This document shows, piece after piece, positions 1 through 13,300 of a DNA stretch of 64,000 bases. The DNA lies in assembly GCA_965153455.1 (NCBI GenBank), contig OZ234494.1, forward strand, positions 1,240,001-1,304,000, read 5' to 3'. The stretch's first letter is position 1. Each line of letters starts with the position of its first letter. Below the pieces are notes generated by a model. That model was given only the letters and a program-made list of their open reading frames with translations. It had not been told where the DNA came from and made no database searches. The DNA comes from Sphagnum compactum. Lineage: Eukaryota. The position numbers and the translations under genes are program-made.

Positions 1-2109
1 TAGGGTGCAAAGTGAGGTTAATTTCTAGAAAACAGTAAGGTTTTGAGAATTGTTGTTAGGCTTCTTCTAGAAAAAGAGTACTTGAGAATTGTTGACCCAT
101 CGCAGTCTCGGTACTGTTGTGTTTGTGACGAATGGTTGACCCATCACATTTCAAAGCACTGGGATTGTGACTTCCCCCCCAGTCATGACGTCTGGGTCAC
201 AGCAAGGGCATGAGGAAGAAGAAAAAGGCTCATGGTAAGCAGCTTTATCTGGTAGGTGGAGTAGTAGTAATATTTGAGGGCGGTGCCATTCTAATAATCG
301 CTGTAAAAACTCAGAACTATTCACATTTTTCTGGTCTAATCCTGGATAATTTCCAATTGACAAGAAGCTAACCAACAATTTCTGATGCATCTGGAGTTTG
401 CTGCATCATGAATAAATTTGCTAAAATGCTTACCTACCTGGGAACAGAATTGAGATGAAGAAATATTCACAAGAAATTCTGATCAGTTGAAGATGAAGCA
501 CTCATGGAGACTACAATTGCGCAGCTGGTAATGAAGAAGGATTACTGCCATAATGATTCAATCTAAGGATTTTGATTTCAGGAGGACTGAGATGAAGGAT
601 TGAGTTCAAAAATTAGTCAAGGATTCAGATGATGATTTCTTGATAAAAAATTGATCGGTGACAGATTTCGTTAGTGGAGTGAAAATCAGAACTCTCAAGA
701 GATCATACAAACAATGAAGAATATTATGATGGGATTATAGAGTTTAGAGGTCAAGATTCCAGAACTCTGATCATTTTCTGGTCGATGAACCTGATCCCAT
801 ACAAACGGTGTTTTGTGGTAGGCCGGCACAATCATCATCATCAGCAGCATCATCACATTGGAGCTTGATTCTGATCATGGGCCATGGCTCGGCATAATTT
901 GGATTCTAGTGGCCGCTACTCCTGTTTTTCTGGTCAGTAATTAATCACAGCAAGAACTCGTGGTTTTTGCACTCAACATGATGGGCGCAGCTGTGGATAA
1001 AGAAACCCAATTATCTGCACAGAGGTTTTGCACAAAAAAGAGGCTTTTCTAATCGCCATGATGATTTCGCTCTTGATCATGATCCATGTGCCGTGAAGTT
1101 ATAGCCATTGAGCAAATCGTGTCTTGAAGGAGCTAATTTGATGGTGATCGAGCTGTGACGCTGATCGAGCTCTCGTGCTTGACAGCCGGTCCCACTTAAG
1201 ATAGATTAGGACTAGGTCACTAGAGACTCTTATCTGCCTGGTAATGTACGCTAGCTGCTGCTGTTAATGCTTCTGCTAGAAATCCACCAATGGAAGTTAC
1301 AAAGCTGATTACATTATGCTTGGAGATCAATGGAGTGACAGAGAATCAAGCTTTTGCAAATCAAGATGATTTCTTCCTCTTCTTCTTCTTCTTCTTCTGA
1401 TCGGTGAGCATTTTGGAACCTTGATTGTAGAGCATTAAGCATGATCTTCTCCAAGCTTCCACAAACATTGCTTGCGAGTCCGGCTAGGATATTAGTAAGT
1501 GGTTTTACAACTTACGAGAGATCAGACTTATTGCAGAGCAATTTACTTTGCGAGCTTAGAATACATCAATTCCATGTGCTAATGATGATTGGAACAACAA
1601 TATTTGTCGTCATCACAGGTCATGACTCATGTGATGAGAACTTTGTGGGATTTGATTCTTTGCTAGACATGCTCCTAGTTAAGTTTGGATTCGGAGAGTC
1701 GCTAGCTGCTAAGGTGGTATGTAGAGCTTCAAGGGCCTGATTCTCTTGTGTTCCAAATGCTGATCAGCTATGAAGCTCAGTGTTATAATCAGCTCGTGCG
1801 ATCAAGAGTTGTCTGTAATTTGAGAGTGTTGGAAGATCATGACATGAGCACAGCATTTCAATCCCAAGTCCTTGCAATGTTTTGACTCTGAATTAAGGGT
1901 TTGTGGTGGATCAAAGCTTGGTCATGTTGCAATCAGTTTCATGTACGTCGAGGTAGTACTTCATGCGCTCAGACGTTGTCGAAAGGCTTCCTGCGTGTAT
2001 GAACGGTCTACTACGTCCTCCCTCTCTCTAGTAGCTAGTGCAGTCGTGCTGTCCTCTAGTGCAGGACTTCGTGCAGTCTCAGAGTACAGAAAAGACTTTT
2101 GTTGCCATA

Positions 2110-4426
2110 ATGGATCAGAAGATGTCAGAAATCTCACAATGTACAAATCCATTGAACTCAAAACTCGGCACTGGCTTGATCAGTAGTCGTGGTGATCACA
2201 GCACTGGTGGCTTGCAGGTTTACGATCAGATTGCTGCTCACTCGAGCATGCTGCGGGCGCCTCTTCTAATTGCCTCTCGCGGCCGGCCGTTCGACAAGCT
2301 GCTGTGCTCAACTATGGCGGAAGCCGATCATATTCCTGCAACTACTCCCGCAGTAATTACGTCATATCTCAACATTCTCAAACGGGTACAAAGAACAAAT
2401 TGTTCTGGCGAGAGCAGCCCTAAAACCCTTCTTCTTCTTCTTCTTCTTCTTCTTCACACAGACAATATCGCAAGGATCTGCAGATCATTGAAGTTACACA
2501 GTCGACAACAGTAGTGTATATGTGACCTCCTTCTGCAGTGATTGACTGACTGACTTTCTTCCGAAAGACGTGACTGATTGCAGGCTGGAGCTGAGTTCAT
2601 GGCAGTGTTTCTGGTAGTCTTCATGGCGGGTGGGACGACGATTGTGAACACTCAGATCAATGGAGATCTCACCTTGATGGGTCTGGCCATTGCTGGAGGT
2701 ATACCTGTGATGCTTATGATCTATGCAATCGGTGGCATCTCTGGTGCACATATGAATCCTGCTGTCAGTCTTGCGTTTGCATCAAAAGGCGTCTTTCCAT
2801 TTGCAATGGTACGTACTGCGCACACTACTTGTCTTGAACCTGATTTCTCCATCTTCTATTTGATCAGATTCCTTCCATTTGCAACAACAAGATCATCAGC
2901 TGCGTGTTGTGCACAATGGTGAGAATGAGATGGTCCCTGGAGATGCTTGGAAGGGAAGCTGGAAGCAGTAGTATACACTTTTGTGATCAATACTGTGCCT
3001 GAACCATGGATGCATCAGCTCTCAAACCTCAGGTTGTTGCAAATGTCACACAGAAATTTATCAGAACTTTTATTTGTACAGGTGCCTGTCTACGCATTCG
3101 CACAAGTGCTTGGATCCACAACTGCAGCTGCACTTCTGAGAGGTTTGTTCAATGATCCTCAAGCATTGATAACATTTCCATACATGGGTTCTGGCAAAGC
3201 TTTTATTGTGGAGGCAATTTCCGGATTCAATCTGGCATATGTGGCAACTGCTGTTACTACAGGTTTTCACACTGTAAGAATCAGATCTCTTTTTCTCTCT
3301 TTTGCAATATTGCTTGCAGAATGTCTCTTGTTTTCTCCTTGATATGTACTATTGCAGTTCTTATTCATCTGCTATGCGCAAAATAAGTATCTGCAGTTCC
3401 TGGTGAAAATTGTTGAAAGTATTGTTGTCTACAACTTGGATCAAAGAGTTCTTGCATCCATGGCACCTACAGGACTTGTAAAATGCTCTTGTGATTTAGT
3501 CCCATCTAATTCACCTGTATTCTCCATGTGCATTATCCAAGAGAAATTTCTTTCCTCCCACGTTTTCTTGACTTCGAAGCTCGGGGGGCTCCATCCACCT
3601 TTCCTCCCTTAGAACAAAAAAAAGATGGGAAAAACAAAAGAAGAAGAAGAAGATGATCATGATAAGGTTTCAGTGCCAGCTGGGGATTCATGTCTATGTT
3701 TCTGGTTGTGAAACAGAGTGGAGAGCTGGCTGGTATTGCCGTAGCTGCAACTGTTATAATCAACATACTCTTTGCTGGGTATGAACTATGAACCCCAATG
3801 CTTATCACATCCATAGGTTTTGTTTCATTGAGTACTGGAAGCTAGTTTCATAGACAACAAATGTGTTTTGTGAAAGTAAACTTGGGTGAATTAAGCTACA
3901 CCATTTTCTGCTTCACCAGAAAACGAACTGCTTTACACACAGTTCAAGCCTGATGCACCCAAGTCTGTTTCAGCTATATCATCATAATTCCAGATTTTGC
4001 AGCTTTGTTCAAAGTATGGATATGAGGGAGCTTGTTTACGTTGTCCTCTCCTTCTATATTTACATCTAAAACCTTCAGGTTATTATCTTGAGTGTCCTTC
4101 TATTGATCATCAAGCCTCAAGATTATGGTCTCATATTCTCCTTCAACTATATATCAAATATATCAAACCCTTTGGGTTTCTGTTTTTTTTCTTTTTTTTC
4201 TGTCATTGTGTCCATTCTATTGTTCATGAAACCTTTGTGGGTACTGTGTTTTGGCAATTTCATGTTTGTGTACAGGCCTGTATCTGGAGCTTCCATGAAC
4301 CCAGCAAGAAGCTTGGGTGCTGCTATAGTTGCCAATTCGTATCATGGGATTTGGATCTACATGCTTGCACCAACCATAGGCGCTTTGGCTGGAGCTTGGA
4401 TTCACAAATTGGTTCAGATCCAGTGA
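2110..4426 (+). CDS. NIP: NOD26-like intrinsic protein (NIP aquaporin), 5 exons: 2110-2385, 2584-2808, 3082-3273, 3717-3778, 4276-4426
   Basis: Exons join in frame through GT-AG introns; ISGAHMNPAVS and VSGASMNPARS NPA boxes, GELAGIAV motif, 62-nt fourth exon typical of NIPs. Start codon uncertain (2110 or 2314). Confidence 0.9.
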
Positions 4427-6269
4427 TTACATATACCATTCATATCATACTAGTACTGCTAACTAGTAGTCTACATGTAATATTTAGACCCAACAATGTT
4501 GATGCATGTGTACAATCAGACAATGCAGGATGTTTAAACTCTCTCTTCCTTACATCATCCACCACATGCATACGCTACGCCAGAAACTTCCCATTCCAAT
4601 TTGATTTTCTTGGAGGCAAGCACTTTGAAGGTTCAGCTAGTTCCAATGTCAGAGAATCATCCTTCAATTGCAACACCTTGTTTTCACGAGGGATTTTTAT
4701 TGGTGTGACAAAAATTCAATCTGATAAACAGCACGAGGGGTAATGATTTGCTGTTGGGATGCTTTCAATTGTCAAACGCGCAATCTTTGATTCAACCACA
4801 ATGGGTACATAGGTAGTCCTTTTGGATTGGGATTGTCTTGCCAGCTTTGGGTAGGTTTGAAAATGCTTAAAATCCTTCCAAGTATACATGTTGATCCCCA
4901 TGATCAAACTTTCACAACTCATTCAGTAGTTGAAGTATTCTTATTGAAAATATTGAGATAAAAGAAGATGTCAAACCGCATACTGACTTTCCTTAAAAAA
5001 AAATTCCCTCCCTTTTTTCTCATGTCTGCACACATGCCTTTTTAGAACAAAAACATGGAAAACATACACATTCCTCTAGGCTAGTCATAATCCCTGTTTT
5101 ATCATTTTAGATCAAAGATTGGAAATAAGACCAAGGTGAATATTTCGTCATGCAAATTTCAGGGAAAATTTTTGAAATTTTTTTCATCACATTAAGACTC
5201 TGATTTTAGTTTGGTAGCAATTTTTAAACTATTTAGATAGGTTCTAAAAACATGTCACCATTTAATGCTAAAATCCCTATTTGGATGCTAGCCAACAACA
5301 CAACATCAACAAAAATTGAAAAAAAACATCACTGCAACAAATTCTTCCCTTCACTGAAACCCAAAAAGAAAATCTCATTTAGTTCTGTTCTGTTTTTTTT
5401 TTGGTCCCCTAAAGTAATTCTACAAAATATGAACATGATTGTGAAATTGTTCCATACAACACAGGTAGTATTTTTTTTCCCATGGGTGGTTGTTGTATGG
5501 TTGTGGCACAAATTTTCATTTTAGTTGGGCAAGCTTCCCAATAGTCTTAGAAGTGTAAAGGTTCAAATTTAGCACTTGCAATCTGTCTATTAAGGAACAT
5601 TGTTTGTTTGTCCCCTTTTGTCACAAGGGGATCTCCCAAACCACAGCACCACTATGCTCTTGGTACTGTTGGAAAGCCATTGATGAGTAGGGGTTCATTG
5701 AGGTGGTTTGGTAATGTTCAGACCCATGATGATCATCATAGAATTATTGAATATTGAATAATTTTGTCAAATAAAATTTAACAAAATTAAACATTTTAGA
5801 TAAGTTAGGGCAAGCTCTTGGTACTGGTTGCAAGCTTTTGTTGAGTGAGATTTATTAGAGCTGATTTTTATAATTTTTAGACCTATTAAAGGGGGGGAGT
5901 TATTAAATTTTGAATAATTTTCATGACTTGAAATCAATTTAAGATTTTAAATATTTTTTTTCATCATCAAGGTCATGTTCATCAAGGGTTCTATTAGATG
6001 TGAACATCAAGACCCAAACAGTTTCAAATATTTTCAAGTTTTTGATATATCTCCACCAATCCAAATACTCACCACAAATTTGGACTTCACAAATTTCAAA
6101 TTAGATTAAAGAAGGTACGGTCAAAGTTACAATGACCATTCTTGAGGCCCTCCTAATGAAGCATATAATTTGTACTATTGTACACATAGTAAATCAATTA
6201 ATGTATGCATGCTTTGAAAACAATGCAACACAAATGATAACTTTCCAACAAGGTGGAAAGAAATTTAGC

Positions 6270-8850
6270 TAGATGCAAAGTTTGTCGACCATGTGTAACT
6301 TTTATTGGGCTTACCGTTTCAACCCAATAGTGTTTTTCTGTCATTCAAGGTGAAACCTACAACGTAGATAATTGTAGGTCAAACCCATGTGTACTCAAAG
6401 AAAATTTCATCTAAAATCTTTAAATGAGATTCAAAGCTCCTCCAAATCAGGAGATTTTTTTTGGATATCAACTACACAAAATGAATTTTAAAGCTCCTCC
6501 AAATCAACAACTTTTCACAATTTCTCCTAATTACCACAGTCAATGCATTATATTGTTTTGATGAAATGCAAGTTATAGAGGGAGAATTCTCACAAACAAT
6601 ATGTGAAATTGCCATGAAAAACATTGGTATTTAAAGAGAACAAACTCTATAATCCCAAGATGCAAAGCTTGTCAACCAAGTGTGTGAATATTGCGCAGGT
6701 TGTTTCAACCTAGTAGTGTTATTTTGCAATTTAAATGTAATACCCACAATAAAGATAATTATAAATCAAAAACCTGCAATCTACTTCAACACCTTAAATT
6801 ATCATCTCCTTGATCTCAAAGATCATGTATAGGAAGAAAAATGATCAACTTATCAAACTATTCTAAACCTCCTCCAAATTAATGACCTCTCACAATTTGT
6901 CCTACAAGAATATTGAAGATTATCCACATAACCAAACACATGCAACTTCTTCAAGCAAGTGTGGACCTCCAAAGAGAGGTAAACTTTCAAGAGATTTGCA
7001 ACAAGTGAAATTTAGTGTTGCAAATTAAGCATAGCACCTCTCTCCACTTCAAAAAATTCCACAAGTCTAGAACAACCATGTAATTCCAACTCTACAAGAC
7101 CAAGAAAAGCACCACAACGAGTGAAGGACCTTGGAAGTCATTTCAAACTAACACACTCACTTAAAGAAAGACTTCTAGGTCACCAAAACATATTTGGCAT
7201 CCAAGTTAGCAAGGTTGTGAAATCATTGAAATTCCATAACTTCAAGTCCTCAAGCTTTGTCAATCCAAATATATTGTCAAGCAATGCCACATGTTCATAG
7301 CAACTTCCATCAATACTAACTTTTGTGAGAGCAACCAACCCAAATAGGTTTTCCAAATAAACTCCTTCTCTTGTAGGTTCATGAATCTAAGTTTCTTCCA
7401 CAACCAATTGCAATGGTGTCAATTCCATGTAAACATGTTCAACCCATCTAAAGTTTTCACCATTCACAACCCAACATGTTCAAAACTTCAAGTGATTTTA
7501 GGCCAACCCTACAAAAGGGAAATACTTCAATTCCAAACATTCTTCTAGATTGAAAATCTTCAACACTTGTAAAAATTTAACTTTGGCAATTCCTTTAGAA
7601 AATCATTATGTGACAACTCAAGAAAACCCAAATACTTGAGATTATTTTTTCATCAAGTATATATCGAAACTCTCTTCTTCTTAGATCTATAAGAACCTTC
7701 ACATTTTGAATCCCCATCAAAAAACCTTTTGGCAAATCACATATCCAATTTCCACCTAGCATTATTATTACCAATTCAAGTGCACAAAATTTTATAGGGA
7801 GTTTTTCCAACATGTCCTCCAATGATAATCTTTAAGCTTTAAAAGGTTCAACACTATCTATTGTGCACTCTAGGGGACTACTCCCAACTTTCGAATACCT
7901 CAACAAAGAAAGAGTTGTTTCATAAATGTGGCACTATCATTCTCCATTATGTAAAATGTCAAATCCCTCATCACATAATGTACCTTAGACCATGATAAAT
8001 CTATGTCATTCAACTCAATCACTAATCACATCCACAACTTCTTTCACAAGCCAAATGCATCTACTCTAAGATTCATCTCTACATTGTTTAGAAATCAAAC
8101 CATTCCAACCCAATACCAAAACACTTGTTCATGATGGGTAACAACAATTTCTTGAAACCATGTTGTTATCTCACAACCTATTGGATGTGGACCTTGAAAT
8201 CCAAACACTTTAGCTATTGGCTTTGATGGTATAATAACCTCTTGGTGCTTATATAATTGTTTTATTGTCATTGGTACCAATTGCATTTCCATTTGTGATT
8301 TACAATATATAAATTGGTGTTGGGTGGTCAACAACGTGACACTTCCATCTCCCTTGGCTAAGTCAAGTTGATCAAACATTTCGTCATTCCAAATGTCATC
8401 CAAAAACCAAACCAAAAACACTCATGTTTTTCTCAACTCATTGTACAAATGGCACTTGTAATCTTCTTGATTACTATGTAAATCTAGATCTTAACCCACC
8501 TTTTTACTTATGGTTCAATACAAAGACAATATATTTGGAGATTGCCCCATAGTGAGCCAAATAAATGTTCATCCTTGAAAATGGTGTTGCACACCTGGCA
8601 TCCCATAGGCTATTTGAAGAAAAAGAGTTTTCCCAACTCCCCCCATGCCCCAAATTCCAACATAGGGAGGACTTGTGCTTCTTTTTGAGGTCAACTTCTC
8701 TACCCTCTCCACTTAGCCCTCCAAACACTTATGTCAAATATTGAGCCCACAAATTTGGAACAACCACCCCTTTTCCCAAACGCTTGTAAGCTTCCTCTAA
8801 ACAGTTTTTTGTGAATCTATGTGCACTTATGTGCATACTATGTGACAGCT
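6270..8850 (-). pseudogene. Degenerate NB-ARC-LRR (NLR-type) gene remnant
   Basis: Minus strand gives P-loop VGIWGMGGVGKTL (~8623-8661), kinase-2 FLDDIW (~8390-8410), RNBS-B-like GSVTLLTT, MHD-like KVHYVMRDL (~7960-7990) and LRR fragments (SLSLSECVSLK*LPRSF; LELYGCSRL); many stops and frameshifts. Ends approximate. Confidence 0.85.
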
Positions 8851-10320
8851 CCCACCTTATCACCAAACACTTATTTTATATTTTCAAACACGTCATTTTA
8901 AAATCATAATGAATTGCATCTATGGTTAAACATAACTACAATATTAAGCCAGACAACTTTTTCCTCACTGAATATTTGATCATAGAGTCATTGATGATCT
9001 GCGACAAATGATTAGTTGCTTGGCCATAAGGTGGTAAGGTGACTGTTCCCCCATTTGGTGATAAGAAGGTGTTTTGGTGATAGATGTAGTTACCCTATAT
9101 GAGTCTCTCTTGGATGTTATCATTTTGGAAATGACACACTAATTATACTGATAAGATTCACACTGGACACTACCGTTCGCCCTTATTTTCATGAAGCTCC
9201 TTGAAGCTCGAGTATTCCCGACCAAGGGCCAAAAAGTGGTCCACACAGAACAAGACACACGAGACCCTCTTCAAGAAACCTCCAACACATATATGCACAC
9301 GCAACTAAATGCAACAACAAGCTTTACATCTGCAAACAAGCTCAACACAATGTAGAGAAAAACTGCAAAAGAGATGAATGGACAAGCGTTGCAGGTGCAA
9401 AGGGGAACTGAAGGGTGAAACCGTGTGAGACTACCAGATTAGATACTTGAACTGAATCAACAGTTAGTAATTGAACAAGTAGAACCTTAACAAAGGACAC
9501 CTATAACTTGGTTCTTTTCTTTTTCCCAAGGTGATGAAATACACGTCCTACTAGTGACGTTGAAGCCTTAATGCTGACAACATTGGTATTAATTTACGGT
9601 GTTGGGCGGGCATTTCATTTTTAAAATAACCTCCGGTTCCAGTTATTTGAAAAATTCAGAATCAAAGGACCTACAACATGGAGAAACATTTATGAACTCT
9701 ACAACTATGATCCATCAATTATTTGGAACCATGACAAATCAGGGGCTCAAGTTGCACAATTTGTGCTAACTCAGCTCAGGCAAAACAGTTAAATTCAAGG
9801 CTATGTTTGCTTCAACTGTCCGCAAATCATCCCCCGATGATGCAGTAATGCTACCATGGGTCATGTACGCAATCATTGGCTGCATTCTGCCAATTTAGCT
9901 ATTGCACATCATCAAATCTTTAAAACAATCTGCCAGTCCAGAGGAAAATCTCCATTGCTAAATCCTGATCCTTACATGTTTGGGTTGGCCTCATGGCCAC
10001 ATCCTCAGATGTCAAACCCCTAGTTGGGAGGACTGTTACCTCACAAATTATGCAAACCTTGTGGACTTCACCGTCCCAGGCACTGGGACAAGTACCATAG
10101 TCTAGCCCATTCAGGGAAGACCAAGTTATTTTCCATATACGGGCATCCCTGCCTAAGAAACAAAACTGGGTCCCAAAATAATCAAGTCCTAACCAGAACC
10201 GAATTCACAGCTTCTTAGTTCCAAGCCTAACAATCAAAGGTTAGGGTTGGCATTTACACTCAACAGTGAGTAACACAGCATGATAATTTGGCACGACACA
10301 GGGATTTTTAAAAACCAGGC

Positions 10321-13300
10321 TCATGCTAATATGGGACACTTGGCGTCAAGAAAGTCACGAAGCATGCGGGCAGGCTGTTTTCCACCCATGACTTCAGCTA
10401 GTCGTTCAGCTGGCAGCAATGCAACTTCCGCAAGACTCTTGCACTCATCCATAAGCGAGCGATAATTGGCATCTGTCACCCCTGGCAGCCGTCGCAGCAA
10501 CTCTATAGCACTTGTGTTGTAGTTCTCTGCTCTGCAAATCCATGGATTGTTAACCATTTTTGCCGATATAAAAGGAGCAGAAATAACAACACTTAGCCTT
10601 CGAGCACATGAATAAATAAATACAAAACTCCAAGAGCCCTAAATCCTGAACCTCCAATTCCAGTTCCCTGAAGGTTGAAGGCCTTTTGAAGTCCTCAATG
10701 AATGCTACAAAACCTATTATTGTATCAGATGGGGAAACTCACACCTGAGGTCCCCTTCAATAAGACCATCTTCAGTGGGTACCCCAACACGCATTGCTCT
10801 GTCAAGGTCTGGTTCATCCTGGTTGGCCTTCAAAGTCACAAAGATGTCGGCAGTTGCATGCAAACTGCGGGACCACACAATGCGAAGACGTGGAAAATGG
10901 AGTACTAGAAGTGATAATTTAGAGACGATGTTGCTCGGTGCTATCTCATCCCCAACATCATTTGCTGACTGTTAAGACCAAAACTCAAGAAGTTAGTTTC
11001 ACCACTGGGAATGACTGCACCATCTTTACTTTATCCACACAAATATTAATGAGCCTGAAATAAGCAAGTTGATGGATTCCTCCTCTTTAGCATGGAAGAT
11101 TTGGAACCGTAAGGACTCTGGATAGTATTTATCTCTTCCAAAAGACACCTTACATTCTGGCCAGTTAATAAGCTCATCAACATCAAAAGGAAATAAGTCC
11201 TGAAATCAAATTAATGGGCTATGATGCCCAAATAGGGCACCTGAGACAAGAAATGGAATATGCCTGGGAGGGTTGTTTCAAAGATGGCAGACCTGAAAAG
11301 AGAAGCTTTTGTCCTGGGAGAATTCAATGAGCAGGACAGGAAGGCGGTAGTAACGAGACATGGTTTCTGCTTGATGGTATAGCCGTCCTGATGAAAAACT
11401 GGAGAAGAGATCAGCAATGCTCTTTCGCTCAACACAGATGTCTGGAGAGAGAATGTAATCTCCCACTTCCAAAGTCACAGGCAAGATTTTGATGCCCTGT
11501 TGGTGGAGCACACATGGAAGACTGCTTCCAAACTCCCGCATGTCTACAACCACCTGCAATGATAAATTTACCAAATCATTATATCAGAGGGTTTCCACAT
11601 TATAACTTGTCAAACATCAACCTAGAAGTTCCATTCAGGATGGAATTCTCTAATTGAGCAATCAATTATGGTTATAACTTTCTATTAAGAAACCAATTAC
11701 CTGCATTTGCTTCTCAACTTGCTTCCGACCTCCAGCTTTTCTAGTGACAGCATTTAGATTAACACCTGTGGCTGATTGCTTTGGTGGGGTGGCATCCAGC
11801 ATCCTCCCATCCTGCATTAGGGTGGAAATAGTGTAAACCACCAGGAAGGTATCACATATGTTTTATGAGATAATGTTGCCTCTACAAAATCAAATCAAAT
11901 AGGTGTTATCTAAGAGACAATGGTCACACAGCAAGCCAATTTTCTATGGGTGGCCTTCAATACCTGATCAACAGGAATCATCATAGATGCCTTCTGACGT
12001 ATAAGATTCTCAAAAGCGCTATTTTCTCTCCGAATGCTGGCCTCAAACTTACGCCCTTCTGTAGAGTCCTCATAAAACAGGAAATAGACTTTGAGATGCC
12101 GACCTGGATTCTCTGACTTATACACCTCCATTTCTCTCACGAAATTCATGTCAGGATCATAGACAACCACATATACTGGCCTTACAACCTCCAGAATGCG
12201 TTGCTCACTTTCTAGAGCATAAAAATGCACTGGGGGTATGGGCTTATTCTTCCTCTGCTCTTCCTCCAAGCCCCTATCCCCATTGGCATTCATCAAACCA
12301 TCCATATCTGGGACTTGAGGATTTGGATTGTTGATCCCAACATTCAAATTGTCCTGATTTTCAATCACTGATTCAGTCACCTCAATGTTACACTTTTCAG
12401 ATGATGTGAGTGTGTCTTCCTTGGCACATGAAATCCCTCGGCCACGAACCGCTCCCCTCCCTGGCCATCACAAGTCACATTCTGTCAGTTGATTAAGTAG
12501 AGAGAAGCTTGACTGTCAACACTATTTAGATGATAGTGAATAGGCTGATCACAGCTGCACAGATGAAAACAGGAAATATAAAAGTGAATCATCCAGCTTG
12601 TTCAATCTCTAAATGGCATAACTTCCCTAACTGGATAAAGGACCTTTCTACATGCTGCACATGAAGGTTATACTTTGGTTTCCAACAACAAAAAAAAATA
12701 CAACTTCTCAGTTTCTGAAAATGGAAGGGCATTTCAACAATCTACCCTTTTTTGGGCCTGCTTGAGTAGTAGCATCTCTGGCTTTTGACCTCCCTCTCCC
12801 TCTTCCTCGTGCTCTCAACCCTCTAGTATGTGAAATATCCTCCCCAACATTAATCACCTCCCTATCAAGGGAGGCTACCTCTGCAGCAGCGGCCATTATA
12901 GCATCTTGCTCCTGTCTCTGCTCACTTTGCACCCAAGACTGATTCCCCTCACCCTCCCAGGGTACTCTTGAACCTCCCCTTCCAGTCATAGACACCCCTC
13001 TATAACCAGCTGGCTTCCTTTTGTTGCGGGTTCGCATGCCATGAAGCTCTGCTTTACTCAACAGGTACTTTGTCCATTCATCTTGCATCAACTGCAGGTG
13101 GCAACACAATATCTCAATTTTACCCTCCTCCCATACAGGTAACAGTAATATCCCAGGCCAAATTGTTCCACTGCAGTTTCTTCACAAGTTTCTTTTGTAT
13201 TCAAGGGCTAGGTTCCTAATACATTTGAAGGAATTATCAATTGCTTGGATTAACACTGCAGAACTCAAAAGGAACACATAAACAATAGCAGATCATAAAC

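Noticed and set aside
1-1900. Coding exons upstream of NIP
   Set aside because: Only short ORFs with no recognisable motifs or consistent splice chain.
3997-4743. 248-aa ORF
   Set aside because: Non-ATG start, overlaps NIP intron 4 and exon 5 in another frame, no recognisable domain.
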